Source of the DNA: Chloroflexota bacterium
Lineage (GTDB): Bacteria > Chloroflexota > UBA4733
Direction of reading: 5' to 3'
Assembly (NCBI GenBank): GCA_023489405.1
Contig: JAMDCW010000139.1
Coordinates: forward strand, 1 to 39,687
Length of the DNA stretch: 39,687 bases
How positions within the stretch are numbered: the stretch's first letter is position 1; every line of letters begins with the position of its first letter. Made by a program: the position numbers and the translations under genes. Positions 1 to 8,881 of the stretch are shown here, in pieces. The notes under the pieces are model-generated. The model made no database searches. It saw only the letters and a program-made list of their open reading frames with translations, and was not told the origin of the DNA.

Positions 1-693
1 GCGCCAGTTGACACCTCCTGTGATAATGAGTAATCCTCCACGTTCAACCCATGCCTCTAAAGCGTTCATCTGCGCCGTAGAGACGTTTTGCAGACTCACA
101 TCACCTATGATCAAACAATCGAATCCGTTGAGCAGCTCCGTCGAGCTTGGAAGATCCTGAGGAGTCAAGCTTGCAACGACAGGATGACCTTGTGAACTAG
201 CTGGTGCCAGCCGAGATAAGAAATCATAGGAACCTACGGTTCCTTCAAGGGCCCCACAAAAATCCGTTCCCGGAGAAATGGGGGTGAACTGTTGTTCTCT
301 GCTTATCACGGTGCGGTTGCCAGCGAGTAGAGCCACTTGCAGCCTATTCGATCTTACAACTGGGGGTACTGCGACGTTGATGACGAGTGACTTATGAGAA
401 TCGTGCGGGAAGGAAGCAGCGAGCTCATAGACAGCAGGAGGAGGGCCAAAGAAGCTATATTGCTGATTTCCTTCAAAGCTGACTCGTAATATTCCGCTAA
501 AATCGCTCCCTTGGTTGGAAATGTCTATGGCAACGGGAGCCCAGGAACCTAAACGAACAGCGTCGGCAAACCCCACGCGAACTGCCATGCTGATCAACGG
601 TGTGGCGTTTGATCTGGAAGCGCCTGCAGTTATCGGGGCATAACCAAGTACAGCAACAACGGCGAAAACAAAAGCTACTATGATCCGGAACAA
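1..693 (-). CDS. hypothetical membrane-anchored/secreted protein, N-terminal part only (ORF runs off the left edge)
   Basis: Absent from the supplied track because it is truncated. My own minus-strand translation starts at TTG 693 (GAGGG ~8 nt upstream, in-frame TAG at 718-720). It stays open for all 231 codons to position 1: LFRIIVAFVFAVVAVLGYAPITAGASRS...LIIGDVSLQNVSTAQMNALEAWVERGGLLIITGG. It has an N-terminal hydrophobic anchor or signal. The LIIGDV...WV..GG.L stretch is reminiscent of GATase1-like/DUF4159-type domains, but this is unconfirmed. Confidence 0.55.
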   Translation of the reverse strand, partial: MFRIIVAFVFAVVAVLGYAPITAGASRSNATPLISMAVRVGFADAVRLGSWAPVAIDISNQGSDFSGILRVSFEGNQQYSFFGPPPAVYELAASFPHDSHKSLVINVAVPPVVRSNRLQVALLAGNRTVISREQQFTPISPGTDFCGALEGTVGSYDFLSRLAPASSQGHPVVASLTPQDLPSSTELLNGFDCLIIGDVSLQNVSTAQMNALEAWVERGGLLIITGGVNWR

Positions 694-941
694 GGTTGAA
701 CCCTCTGCACGCTCGCCCTAATTGCGGCGCCGCCGACTTCAAACGCTTCCTGGATATAGAGTGTAGCGCAATCTGCGTGCCACACTATCAAATAGAGATC
801 AACTGGAGGCAAACTGACTTTGAGAAATGAGCGATAACCGCTCCTTTGATTCATGATTCATGCCACGTGAAGCAAACGGTGCCTCAGCATGCGAGCAAGG
901 CCTCAGTTCGGTCAGTTCAAGCAGGGTCGAATGCCACTGGG

Positions 942-2498
942 TCATCGACCAATCAACCGAATAAGAAGCACTCCGAGCCAATAGAGAATAACGAGAAATG
1001 TTCCTAAAACGAGTGGGGAAACTAGGTCTGCTCCAGGAGTAATGAGCATTGAGACTCCATAAATGATGAATAGAGCAACCTTAAATCGTTGAATAAAGAA
1101 GCGCGAGGAAACGAAGCCAAGAAGGGAAAAACCTGTCATAAAAATAGGAAGTTCAAAGGTAATTCCAAAAATAAGCGAGATAACCGCTACAAACATAATA
1201 TAGCTATTAATATCTAAAAGATTTTCGAGATTGAGCACAGGGAAAAATGACGTGAGGAAACGAATTGCCAGAGGAACAATGAGTACTCCGGTTACTGCTC
1301 CTGTCACAAAAAGAATACTGCCAATCAACGAAAAAGGTAATGCATAGCGCCGCTCGCGGTGAGTAAGCCCTGGTGCAACAAAAGCCCATATCTGATAGAG
1401 GATCATCGGCGAAGCCAGGACAATACCACAGAAAAAGGCCAATTTCAGTTGTAAGGCGAATGGACCAAGAACAGACGGACTGAAGAAGCGCGCTCCATCG
1501 GCCGTAGCAGCTTTTTCTAGATACTTGACAAGGTGAGGGGCGAGAAACCAACCGATTATCGCACCAACAACGATACTGATAGCACTGATTGTCATCCGCT
1601 GACGCAACTCTTCAAGATGCTCTATCAGCGTCATTGACTTACCATCTTCCTCCGCGTTCTCACCAGAAGGTGGTGGAGGGGGTTCTTGCTCTGAAGGATC
1701 TCCCGATAGTGAAGACACAGGTGGTTCAGCAGGAGGTGCAATATTGGATTCAACTGAAGGGATGTCTTCTTCCTCAAGAACCGGAGGTTCGGTACCAAAG
1801 ATATTTAGCTCTCGTGGAGATGTTTCTTCTAGGTCAACTCCACTATTCGACGGCGTATCAAGGTCTCCATCGTCCTTAATGAGATCGCGATCTTCTACGT
1901 CTGGGATATCATCATGTAGAGGATTGGAGACTACCTCATTATTTGATTCAGGACCACCATGATCGATTAGTGGCAAAGTAGCTTCTAAGGGATGTTCATC
2001 CTGGTCAATAGGGTAGTTACGGTAGGGAAGATGTTCTTCTTGAGCGTTGCCTTGATCTAGGGAACTACCCCTAGCATCTTCGACGGTCTTCTGCTCGGGC
2101 GCTAGATCTTCGTTCTGCTCTTGTTCTGGAGATGTTGTTACAAGATCCGGAGAATCTCCAGAAACCTCTTGAGGCACTTGTGTTTGAAGGAGATGATCCG
2201 CGAGCGTGTCAGAAGCTGAAATCTCACGAGATGCGCCAAACGATTCAGTCGAATCTAAGACTGACTCACTGGTGCTTGTGGATCTGTTACTCGAGAGATG
2301 CATCGCTCCTTCTTCAGTGCCATCCACCACCGATATTAAACTCGCGTGTGGCTTACCAAGACCCCGTGAATGCCTCAGCAGCTCGTCTGCCTCCCACAAC
2401 ATAGCGCTAGGAGCTTCCATTTCCGGTCCACCGTCCCGTGGCGTCGTAACCTCTGGAGAAGCCCCACGTTCATTGCGGGCTTGTAGATCAGACTCCAT
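942..2498 (-). CDS. tatC: Sec-independent (Tat) protein translocase TatC with long acidic N-terminal extension
   Basis: The C-terminal 230 aa (from MTLIEHLEELRQRM, ATG at 1634) look like a normal multi-TM TatC core. The 289 codons upstream are an uninterrupted D/E/P/S-rich low-complexity region. ATG 2498 (GTG 2501) has AAGGA ~7 nt upstream. The internal ATG 1634 has GGAGGA only ~14 nt upstream. The long form is favoured but the start is unproven. Confidence 0.8.
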   Translation of the reverse strand: MESDLQARNERGASPEVTTPRDGGPEMEAPSAMLWEADELLRHSRGLGKPHASLISVVDGTEEGAMHLSSNRSTSTSESVLDSTESFGASREISASDTLADHLLQTQVPQEVSGDSPDLVTTSPEQEQNEDLAPEQKTVEDARGSSLDQGNAQEEHLPYRNYPIDQDEHPLEATLPLIDHGGPESNNEVVSNPLHDDIPDVEDRDLIKDDGDLDTPSNSGVDLEETSPRELNIFGTEPPVLEEEDIPSVESNIAPPAEPPVSSLSGDPSEQEPPPPPSGENAEEDGKSMTLIEHLEELRQRMTISAISIVVGAIIGWFLAPHLVKYLEKAATADGARFFSPSVLGPFALQLKLAFFCGIVLASPMILYQIWAFVAPGLTHRERRYALPFSLIGSILFVTGAVTGVLIVPLAIRFLTSFFPVLNLENLLDINSYIMFVAVISLIFGITFELPIFMTGFSLLGFVSSRFFIQRFKVALFIIYGVSMLITPGADLVSPLVLGTFLVILYWLGVLLIRLIGR

Positions 2499-2543
2499 CA
2501 CATTCCTTTGCTGGTAGGAGGAGCGCTCTCAAGTAGAGGAGGG

Positions 2544-2783
2544 CTAACCGACCTTCGCCTGTACGTAGTCTATCGCATCCTGAACGGTCTGAATCTTTTC
2601 AGCATCTTCGGGAGGGATGCTGATCCCAAATTCGTCTTCGATAGTCATAATGAAACTCATTGTTGCTAGAGAATCGGCCTTTAAATTCTCCACGAGGGAC
2701 ATCTCCGGCGTGATCGAGTTCTCGTCAACACTCAACTCTCGCGCTATGATAGGCCGCATCTTATTGAAAATCTCATCACTCAT
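2544..2783 (-). CDS. acpP: acyl carrier protein
   Basis: 79 aa and acidic, with the phosphopantetheine-attachment motif LKADSLATM. The ATG overlaps the nusB stop by 8 nt. Confidence 0.9.
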   Translation of the reverse strand: MSDEIFNKMRPIIARELSVDENSITPEMSLVENLKADSLATMSFIMTIEDEFGISIPPEDAEKIQTVQDAIDYVQAKVG

Positions 2784-3246
2784 TCGTTGATTCTCCCACC
2801 CTTCTGTCTAGTCCAGTAGCTATGGTACCCAGAACACCATTCACAAATCGCCCAGAATGCTCACTACCAAAGGTCTTCACAAGCTCTACCGCTTCGTCGA
2901 TAACCACAGGTAGCGGTGATTCATTATCAAAGCATAGTTCGAAGATTGCAAGACGTAGGACAGCCCGTTCGGTCGCAGCGATCTCTTCCAGAGGTCTACT
3001 CGGTGCATTGAGCTCAATTAAGTGATCAATTTCCTCTATATGCCCAGCCACTCCTTGCACGAGCCGGGCTACAAAATTGCTCTGATCTGCCCTTAGGTCA
3101 CCAGATTCAAGATCTTCAAGCAGGCGCGCTTGCAGCACACGATCTGGAGGTTGGCCTCCCTGGTCAATTTCGAAGATGATGCGAAAGGCGGCCAAGCGCG
3201 CTGAATGGCGCGGATGCAGTGAAAAACGAGTCGCAGATTTTCCCAT
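2776..3246 (-). CDS. nusB: transcription antitermination factor NusB
   Basis: ~156 aa with RHSARLAAFRIIFEIDQ... and ERAVLRLAIFEL, typical of NusB. ATG 3246 overlaps the accC TGA (TGATG). Confidence 0.85.
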   Translation of the reverse strand: MGKSATRFSLHPRHSARLAAFRIIFEIDQGGQPPDRVLQARLLEDLESGDLRADQSNFVARLVQGVAGHIEEIDHLIELNAPSRPLEEIAATERAVLRLAIFELCFDNESPLPVVIDEAVELVKTFGSEHSGRFVNGVLGTIATGLDRRVGESTNE

Positions 3247-4640
3247 CACCCCTCCACAGGGGACATGCCAATTCCACCCAGCGACGTTGGGGGTAGACCA
3301 TCACGAAGCACTGTGGTCACGAACTGTGTCGTCAATGTTCCGTTTGTGAACTCTCGAGTAGTAAGTATCCATCGTAGGAATTCTCTATTGGTCGTTATCC
3401 CTCCAATAATCGATTCATCAAGGGCACGAAGCGCACGAGCCACCATTTCAGTGCGGGTACTCCCCCACGCAATCACCTTTGAGAGGAGCGAGTCATAGTA
3501 TGGCGAAACCACATACCCCGCATAGAGGTGTGAATCTACGCGTATACCGGGGCCTCCTGGAGGAAGGTATTCGGAGACCCTTCCTGTTTGCGCTTGAAAA
3601 TTGTAAGTGGGATCCTCCGCATTGACTCGACATTCGATGGCATGTCCGTGAAATGTCACATCCTCCTGGCGCCACGGTAATGGCTCGTGAGCTGCTACCG
3701 TCAATTGTGCTTTGACCAGATCAATTCCGGTAATAGCTTCGGTAACCGGATGCTCTACCTGGATACGTTTATTGATCTCTAAGAAGTAATGGTGGTGCTC
3801 TTCATCAACGAGAAATTCGAAAGTTCCAGCACCTATGTAGTCGATTGCCCGTGCACCACGAACGGCCGATTCCCAAAGCTCCTGCCGCGCCCATTCTGGC
3901 AGATTCGGGCTCGGCGCCTCTTCGATCAGCTTCTGGTGAAACCGCTGGACAGAACAGTTGCGTTCACCGAGAGTGATCACATTGCCAAAATGGTCTGCTA
4001 AAACCTGCACCTCTACATGACGCATGCCCTCTTGGTAACGTTCCAGGTAGATACCGTCATTATTAAATGAAGCCAGCGATTCACTCTGAGACAAAGGGAA
4101 GGAACGTTCAAGCTCATCAGAGTCTGTGACGATACGCATCCCTTTACCGCCGCCTCCACCAGCCGGCTTCAGCATGATCGGGTAGCCAATCTCTTTCGCA
4201 GCCGCTAAAGCCTGGTCTACGGAACGTACAGGATTATCAGTCCCAGCAATAACAGGCAATCCAGCCGCTCGCATGCGTTGCTTTGCTAGCGTCTTCTCAC
4301 CAACAGCGCGCAGCACGTGTCCCGGAGGTCCTATGAAAACAAGACCGTAGCGCTCGCACACCTCCGCCAAACGAGGATCTTCGGCGAGAAACCCCGCTCC
4401 TGGATGGATTGCTTCTGCACCTGTGAGCAGCGCTGCTTGAACGATATTGGGAATATTGAGATAGCTCTTACTGCTAACCGCAGGGCCAATACACACTGCG
4501 TGATCAGCCATCTTCACCGCCAAACTATCGCGATCCGCCTCCGAAAAAGCAACGATAGACTCAATACTTAGTTCACGACAACAACGCACCACTCGGACAG
4601 CGATTTCTCCGCGATTAGCTATGAAAAGACGGCTAAACAC
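3246..4640 (-). CDS. accC: acetyl-CoA carboxylase biotin carboxylase subunit
   Basis: 464 aa with N-terminal FIANRGEIAVRV, the ATP-grasp glycine loop KPAGGGGGKGMRIV and EINKRIQVEHPVTE. GTG start at 4640. Confidence 0.92.
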   Translation of the reverse strand: MFSRLFIANRGEIAVRVVRCCRELSIESIVAFSEADRDSLAVKMADHAVCIGPAVSSKSYLNIPNIVQAALLTGAEAIHPGAGFLAEDPRLAEVCERYGLVFIGPPGHVLRAVGEKTLAKQRMRAAGLPVIAGTDNPVRSVDQALAAAKEIGYPIMLKPAGGGGGKGMRIVTDSDELERSFPLSQSESLASFNNDGIYLERYQEGMRHVEVQVLADHFGNVITLGERNCSVQRFHQKLIEEAPSPNLPEWARQELWESAVRGARAIDYIGAGTFEFLVDEEHHHYFLEINKRIQVEHPVTEAITGIDLVKAQLTVAAHEPLPWRQEDVTFHGHAIECRVNAEDPTYNFQAQTGRVSEYLPPGGPGIRVDSHLYAGYVVSPYYDSLLSKVIAWGSTRTEMVARALRALDESIIGGITTNREFLRWILTTREFTNGTLTTQFVTTVLRDGLPPTSLGGIGMSPVEG

Positions 4641-4668
4641 TGGTCAAAACTCATGTCTACTTAGATTA

Positions 4669-4872
4669 TTACCGTTGCGAACGACGTCGCTCTGCGGCAG
4701 TCTCGATGACTTTACGTCCACGGTAGTAGCCACAGGAAGGACATACGTGATGCTGCAAGCGCAAGCGATGGCAATTAGGACATGTGACCAAGCTTGGAAG
4801 TTTGAGGCGAATCTGGCTACGTCGCTCTCCTTGATGTCGTTGGGAAACACGTTTCTTAGGAACTCCGGTCAC
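4669..4872 (-). CDS. rpmF: 50S ribosomal protein L32
   Basis: The track ORF is shortened to GTG 4872 (GAGAGGAAG ~9 nt upstream). It reads (M)TGVPKKRVSQRHQGERRSQ and carries the CPNC...CPSC zinc ribbon typical of L32. Confidence 0.85.
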   Translation of the reverse strand: MTGVPKKRVSQRHQGERRSQIRLKLPSLVTCPNCHRLRLQHHVCPSCGYYRGRKVIETAAERRRSQR

Positions 4873-4937
4873 AGTTATAACTTCCTCTCTCCTGTAAGAG
4901 TGGAAGTGTACCAAACTAGCGCCACTCTGCGGCGGTT

Positions 4938-5477
4938 CTAACTGTAGCCTCCCAGTAGTTTTCCCAGTGTTCGCCAGCGAGCATCCAGCTCCATCTGGTC
5001 CTCACAATGGCATTGCCCCCAATTGCGATTGCTACCGCACGACGGACATAAGCCCAGGCAGTTGTCATCATGCAGGGGCTGAAGCGGGAGTCGAAGCAGG
5101 GCATGCTGGCGAACTGCCTCGTGTAAGTCTATATGGTGGAATTTGTCAATTTCAAAGACATCCTCGTCATCTTGATCTTCGATAGGATCGTGCACAAGCA
5201 ATCCGGTGTCAATATCTACGGTCGGTACAAATCGTTCCTCAAAAGGAAACGCAATTGTCTGATCGAACTCCTCCAAACACCGGCTACATTCCAATCGCAC
5301 ATCGGCTTCCAATCTCGCCTTCACCAGCACACCGTAGTTCACACGCAGGAGCGTTACCGTACCACGTATCGGACTGACAAAGTTGATATCAGAGTATTTG
5401 TCGAACTCTTCATCAACATGGAACTGTCTTACTGTTCCGATAGGTGCTTTTAACAACTGTGCGACATTGAATAACAT
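4938..5477 (-). CDS. yceD: YceD/DUF177 family protein (large-subunit rRNA accumulation protein)
   Basis: Has the conserved position directly upstream of rpmF and the motifs CSRCLEEF...CPSCG. I chose internal ATG 5477 (AGGA upstream, giving 179 aa, the family-typical size) over the 217-aa track start. Confidence 0.75.
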   Translation of the reverse strand: MLFNVAQLLKAPIGTVRQFHVDEEFDKYSDINFVSPIRGTVTLLRVNYGVLVKARLEADVRLECSRCLEEFDQTIAFPFEERFVPTVDIDTGLLVHDPIEDQDDEDVFEIDKFHHIDLHEAVRQHALLRLPLQPLHDDNCLGLCPSCGSNRNWGQCHCEDQMELDARWRTLGKLLGGYS

Positions 5478-5516
5478 ATAGAGGAATCCTTCCAGCGGGC
5501 TTCCCCCCACTGTCAC

Positions 5517-5525
5517 AGTATTCCA
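5517..5525 (-). promoter_or_regulatory. candidate extended -10 promoter (TGGAATACT) for yceD-rpmF-accC-nusB-acpP-tatC
   Basis: The minus strand reads TGGAATACT ~40 nt upstream of the chosen yceD ATG. It resembles the recurrent TGnTAnACT motif seen upstream of other genes here. Motif evidence only. Confidence 0.3.
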
Positions 5526-5655
5526 CAAGTCCAAGTCAGGCTGAAGCCGTACCGACAAAGGCCGACGCCCGCTATCGTGCCCTCCCAACACTCTCCTGTC
5601 AACTACGCCGCTTCGCTATCCTAACAATCTGACCTCTTACCGACGCTCCACTTGC

Positions 5656-5684
5656 TTGACACTCCCTGACACTCCTCATATACT
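5656..5684 (+). promoter_or_regulatory. sigma-70 type promoter, TTGACA-17 nt-TATACT
   Basis: TTGACA at 5656-5661 and TATACT at 5679-5684 with exact 17-nt spacing, ~100 nt upstream of the MEDS-domain CDS. Confidence 0.5.
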
Positions 5685-5795
5685 GCCGAATCTGTGAGAG
5701 CGTAGTGGGGCGATCCACTCTGGCTCTTTCTCTCACCAGAGGTTCACAACCGAGACGAAACGCGGGAGTTGTATTGCGCAGGTAAGGGAAAGCGA

Positions 5796-6443
5796 GTGCG
5801 CATCGTTGTTTTTGGTAAGCGTGAGGAGATTCCGCTCAGTTCTCACCTGTGCCAGGTATATTCTCGAGCTGATGAAGCTGCTCAGTTAGCTGCATCACTA
5901 ATCAGTGCCGATCCGGTGCCGTATCGAGAGTTATGTATCTATATCGGCCCGAAGGCGATGGCGGAGCAAATTGAACAGCTCTTGACAAAAGAGCATCCCT
6001 CCTTCTTGCTTCCGCTTAAGGAAGCCGATCAGATTCTCTTTGTGGATGACCGATCCGCGTATCTTGCTCGCAATCGCTTCGATCCTTACTTTCTTCTCGC
6101 ATCTCACCTTACGTTGATCAACCAAGCTCTCAATCGACGGCTTGAAGGAGTTCGCCTTGTGATCGAGATGTCGTGGTTGGCAGACGGAGTAGCAACTCCG
6201 GCTCATATCCTAAAATATGAAGCGATGTGCGATTCCGTTTTCACTTTCCAGCAGAAACCAATCGTCGTCATTGCACAATACAGCGCTCCAAAGATCGGCG
6301 ATCAAATTGTCGGTGAAATGATGAAGCTCCATCCTCTAGCAGTTGTTGGCAAATATCTCCGCCGCAATCCGAGCTATCTCAACTCTGAACAATACTTTCT
6401 TAACATCTTGAAACTCACTCGTAAACGTGCGGCAGAAGAGTAA
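5796..6443 (+). CDS. MEDS-domain (DcmR-like sensory domain) protein
   Basis: The pattern HLCQVY...ELCIYIG...ILFVD...RLVIEMSWL...KYEA...VVIAQY...LHPLAV matches my recollection of the MEDS domain fold pattern. GTG 5796 has AAGGGA 6 nt upstream; the track start is TTG 5769. Confidence 0.6.
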   Translation: MRIVVFGKREEIPLSSHLCQVYSRADEAAQLAASLISADPVPYRELCIYIGPKAMAEQIEQLLTKEHPSFLLPLKEADQILFVDDRSAYLARNRFDPYFLLASHLTLINQALNRRLEGVRLVIEMSWLADGVATPAHILKYEAMCDSVFTFQQKPIVVIAQYSAPKIGDQIVGEMMKLHPLAVVGKYLRRNPSYLNSEQYFLNILKLTRKRAAEE

Positions 6444-6508
6444 AGGTTACAGGTAGGCTTCTCCGCTTCAGCTCTCGTGGAGTACTGTCAAAGAATGCTC
6501 TAGCCCTC

Positions 6509-8212
6509 CTAAGGCGCTGGCCACGCGGTAAACGCAGGTTTCACCATTGACTGATCACTCACTTGTTGCTGGCCGGGAGACCAGCCCAGCGACTCTCTAT
6601 CTCTTGGGCTGCTACCGATCGTTGTCTGAGGCAACGCTTCCCCTAACTTTCGGGGAATAGATTCTTGAGTAAACGGCGAAGAACCTGCCTGAAAAGCGCG
6701 TTCAATATATTCGGAGGGCCAGTGAAGTAGCGATTGAGTGTTAGCGGCGATATGCTGGTGATGCGCTGAACTGAATTTGGTGAGGGTAGCGACATCCCAG
6801 GGTACTGGAGCATTGTCTACACACTGATCGCACCAGCGATCCAGCCACAGGACATCTGTGGAATCTTGCCTTATACCGAAAATCATCGGAGAGCGTATCA
6901 GTACCGAAAAAGAAGGAGCGCCCCTAGGTGCTGGAGATATGCCCTGCCCCGTGCTCGGAGGAGACGAACTCTCACTAATCCGCTGCCACAATCCAGAGTT
7001 ACTGAGGAGTAGTGCACCTTGGTCCGTTGTCAGCGCGAAACCGTGGGCAAAGTTCAACAATGCCCCTGGGTAAGCGTATCCTGTACTCTGGGGAGATCCG
7101 AGAACGCCGCGGATCCCTGAATTGACTAGTTGATCGAGCGACACGCCATTGCTGCCAGAAGCATTCAGATTAGGGCTCTCTTTTACAACACCTACCGGCA
7201 ACCAAAGGCCATTAGGGCTTAGCATAATCGCTAGATGGTAGTGAGGGAGCAAGAGAAGATCACCGTGAGAAAAGTGCTGTATGAACACGCTCACAGGCTG
7301 CGCCGTCTGCACCTGGCATCCAAGAGCATTTTGTACATCAGCATGAGTTTGCCACATCTTGGCAACTCGCTGATCGCTGATTGTTACACAGCGGGATTCC
7401 GAGTGCCAGCCCAGGCCGGATGATGGTTCTTGAAAGCCTGCTCGTTGCTGGAGTGCGGCACGGTTGGCAGAAAACGGCGATCGATTTGATGTCACAGAGG
7501 GCTCAGGATTCCGGTGCCAGAACGAACGGAGCAATGATAACGCATTTGAGAGCCGCGAGCGGATCGATAGGGAAGACTGCGCTGAAGGAGCAATCAGCGC
7601 ATCTTCAGTTCGAAATACCGCTAGCGTCGCAGGCTGGACCGTGGCAACAGGACCCACAGCAGCTTCTTGAACGATGGCTGATACGGTGTACGTTGACCAG
7701 GGTTTCCAGGGCACGAGGGGGATGATACGCGCTGATCCATCCGGCTCCCATGTGAGCTGAAAAGGAGTTGCCGGCTGCACGATTAGGCTCGAGGCAAATA
7801 AAGGCTCATTAATCCGATGAGCAAATGATACGGTGAGCGCCTGATTCACAGCGACGCGTGTATTCCCGGAAGGCGGCAATACGGCAAAGAGAGGTGCAGT
7901 CACGGCTAGAACCGTATGTACAACGACGACAAGGATAGCCATTAAACCAGCAACGAGAGCGATGGCATATCGCCGGATATCACGCGCCTGGGTATCTTTC
8001 TGCAACGGCCGAGCAGGGGTAATGACACGAAGAGGGGTAGTTGCTCGATGAACAGCTTCTCCAAACCATTGCAAGGTTGCAAGCTCCTGACGGCAAGCGG
8101 AGCACGTTTCCAAGTGCAATGCTACTGCTGATCGTTCTGGAGAGTCGAGCTCTCCATCGTAATAAAATGATAAGGTCATGGCATCAAGATGAGAAGGAGC
8201 AACACTAGCCAT
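6509..8212 (-). CDS. zinc-finger (ZAS, HxxxCxxC) anti-sigma factor with one TM helix and a large extracytoplasmic domain
   Basis: Has the N-terminal motif HLETCSACRQEL and the TM helix YAIALVAGLMAILVVVVHTVLAV, followed by ~440 aa outside the membrane. ATG 8212 (GGGAGGAG 10 nt upstream) overlaps the sigma stop by 8 nt. Confidence 0.7.
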   Translation of the reverse strand: MASVAPSHLDAMTLSFYYDGELDSPERSAVALHLETCSACRQELATLQWFGEAVHRATTPLRVITPARPLQKDTQARDIRRYAIALVAGLMAILVVVVHTVLAVTAPLFAVLPPSGNTRVAVNQALTVSFAHRINEPLFASSLIVQPATPFQLTWEPDGSARIIPLVPWKPWSTYTVSAIVQEAAVGPVATVQPATLAVFRTEDALIAPSAQSSLSIRSRLSNALSLLRSFWHRNPEPSVTSNRSPFSANRAALQQRAGFQEPSSGLGWHSESRCVTISDQRVAKMWQTHADVQNALGCQVQTAQPVSVFIQHFSHGDLLLLPHYHLAIMLSPNGLWLPVGVVKESPNLNASGSNGVSLDQLVNSGIRGVLGSPQSTGYAYPGALLNFAHGFALTTDQGALLLSNSGLWQRISESSSPPSTGQGISPAPRGAPSFSVLIRSPMIFGIRQDSTDVLWLDRWCDQCVDNAPVPWDVATLTKFSSAHHQHIAANTQSLLHWPSEYIERAFQAGSSPFTQESIPRKLGEALPQTTIGSSPRDRESLGWSPGQQQVSDQSMVKPAFTAWPAP

Positions 8213-8780
8213 CAAGAGGCTCTCCTCCCAATGCAAGATACTGAGCCTTCAACTGTTGTCTGGCGCGAAAGAGTAACTGCTTTGCTGCTTCTTTCGAAAT
8301 ACCTAGTGCTATGCCAATCTCTTCACAGGATAGATCTTCACATTCCCGCATCAGAAGCGCTGCACGTTGCCGTGCGTTCAACCGATCCAACGCGTGACGA
8401 ATAAGCGCTTGCTGTTCGCCACGAATAGCATCACGCTCAGGGTTGTCTCGCGCAACCTGGCGTGGATGGAAAAAAGAGACGAAGGCATCTAAGGGCTGCC
8501 ACCGGATGAGGCGACGGCGACGTAGCTCATCAAGGCACGTGTTAGTCGCAATTCGGTAGAGCCACGGGAGAAAGTTATCCTGGGGAACCTTCCCCCAATT
8601 GCGGTAGGCCTTTTCGAATGTCGTCGTAGCAAGATCCTGTGCATCATCGACATTATCAATAAGCCGTTGGAGATAACTACAGATATGTCCGTAGTAACGG
8701 GAATAGACCCACTCGAAGGTCAGGGGCTGCGGAGCTTCTATTGTACGCTGTTCTATTCCACGTGAAAGCAAATCACCCAT
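8205..8780 (-). CDS. ECF-family RNA polymerase sigma factor
   Basis: Region 2 reads FLPWLYRIATNTCLDELRRRR and region 4 reads LSCEEIGIALGISKEAAKQLLFRARQQLK. ATG 8780 has AAGGAG 6 nt upstream; the track start at 8849 is rejected. Confidence 0.85.
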   Translation of the reverse strand: MGDLLSRGIEQRTIEAPQPLTFEWVYSRYYGHICSYLQRLIDNVDDAQDLATTTFEKAYRNWGKVPQDNFLPWLYRIATNTCLDELRRRRLIRWQPLDAFVSFFHPRQVARDNPERDAIRGEQQALIRHALDRLNARQRAALLMRECEDLSCEEIGIALGISKEAAKQLLFRARQQLKAQYLALGGEPLDG

Positions 8781-8881
8781 CACAGCTCCTTCGCCACTAT
8801 AGGTCCTAGTGTAAGACGAAAGGAACGGCTTCGCGTAACAGGCGACCACTTATCTCCTACGGACTGGAGGAGCTTTCCCGG

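Noticed and set aside
680-689. 10-nt match (atgatccgga) to the 3' conserved block of the repeat element
   Set aside because: It lies inside the coding start of the left-edge gene, and no neighbouring blocks are present. It is compatible with a chance match in 2 x 40 kb.
497-742. Track ORF of 81 aa on the minus strand
   Set aside because: It is Cys/Arg-rich, has no SD, and is out of frame with the much longer open frame (1-693) that has a proper start and membrane anchor.
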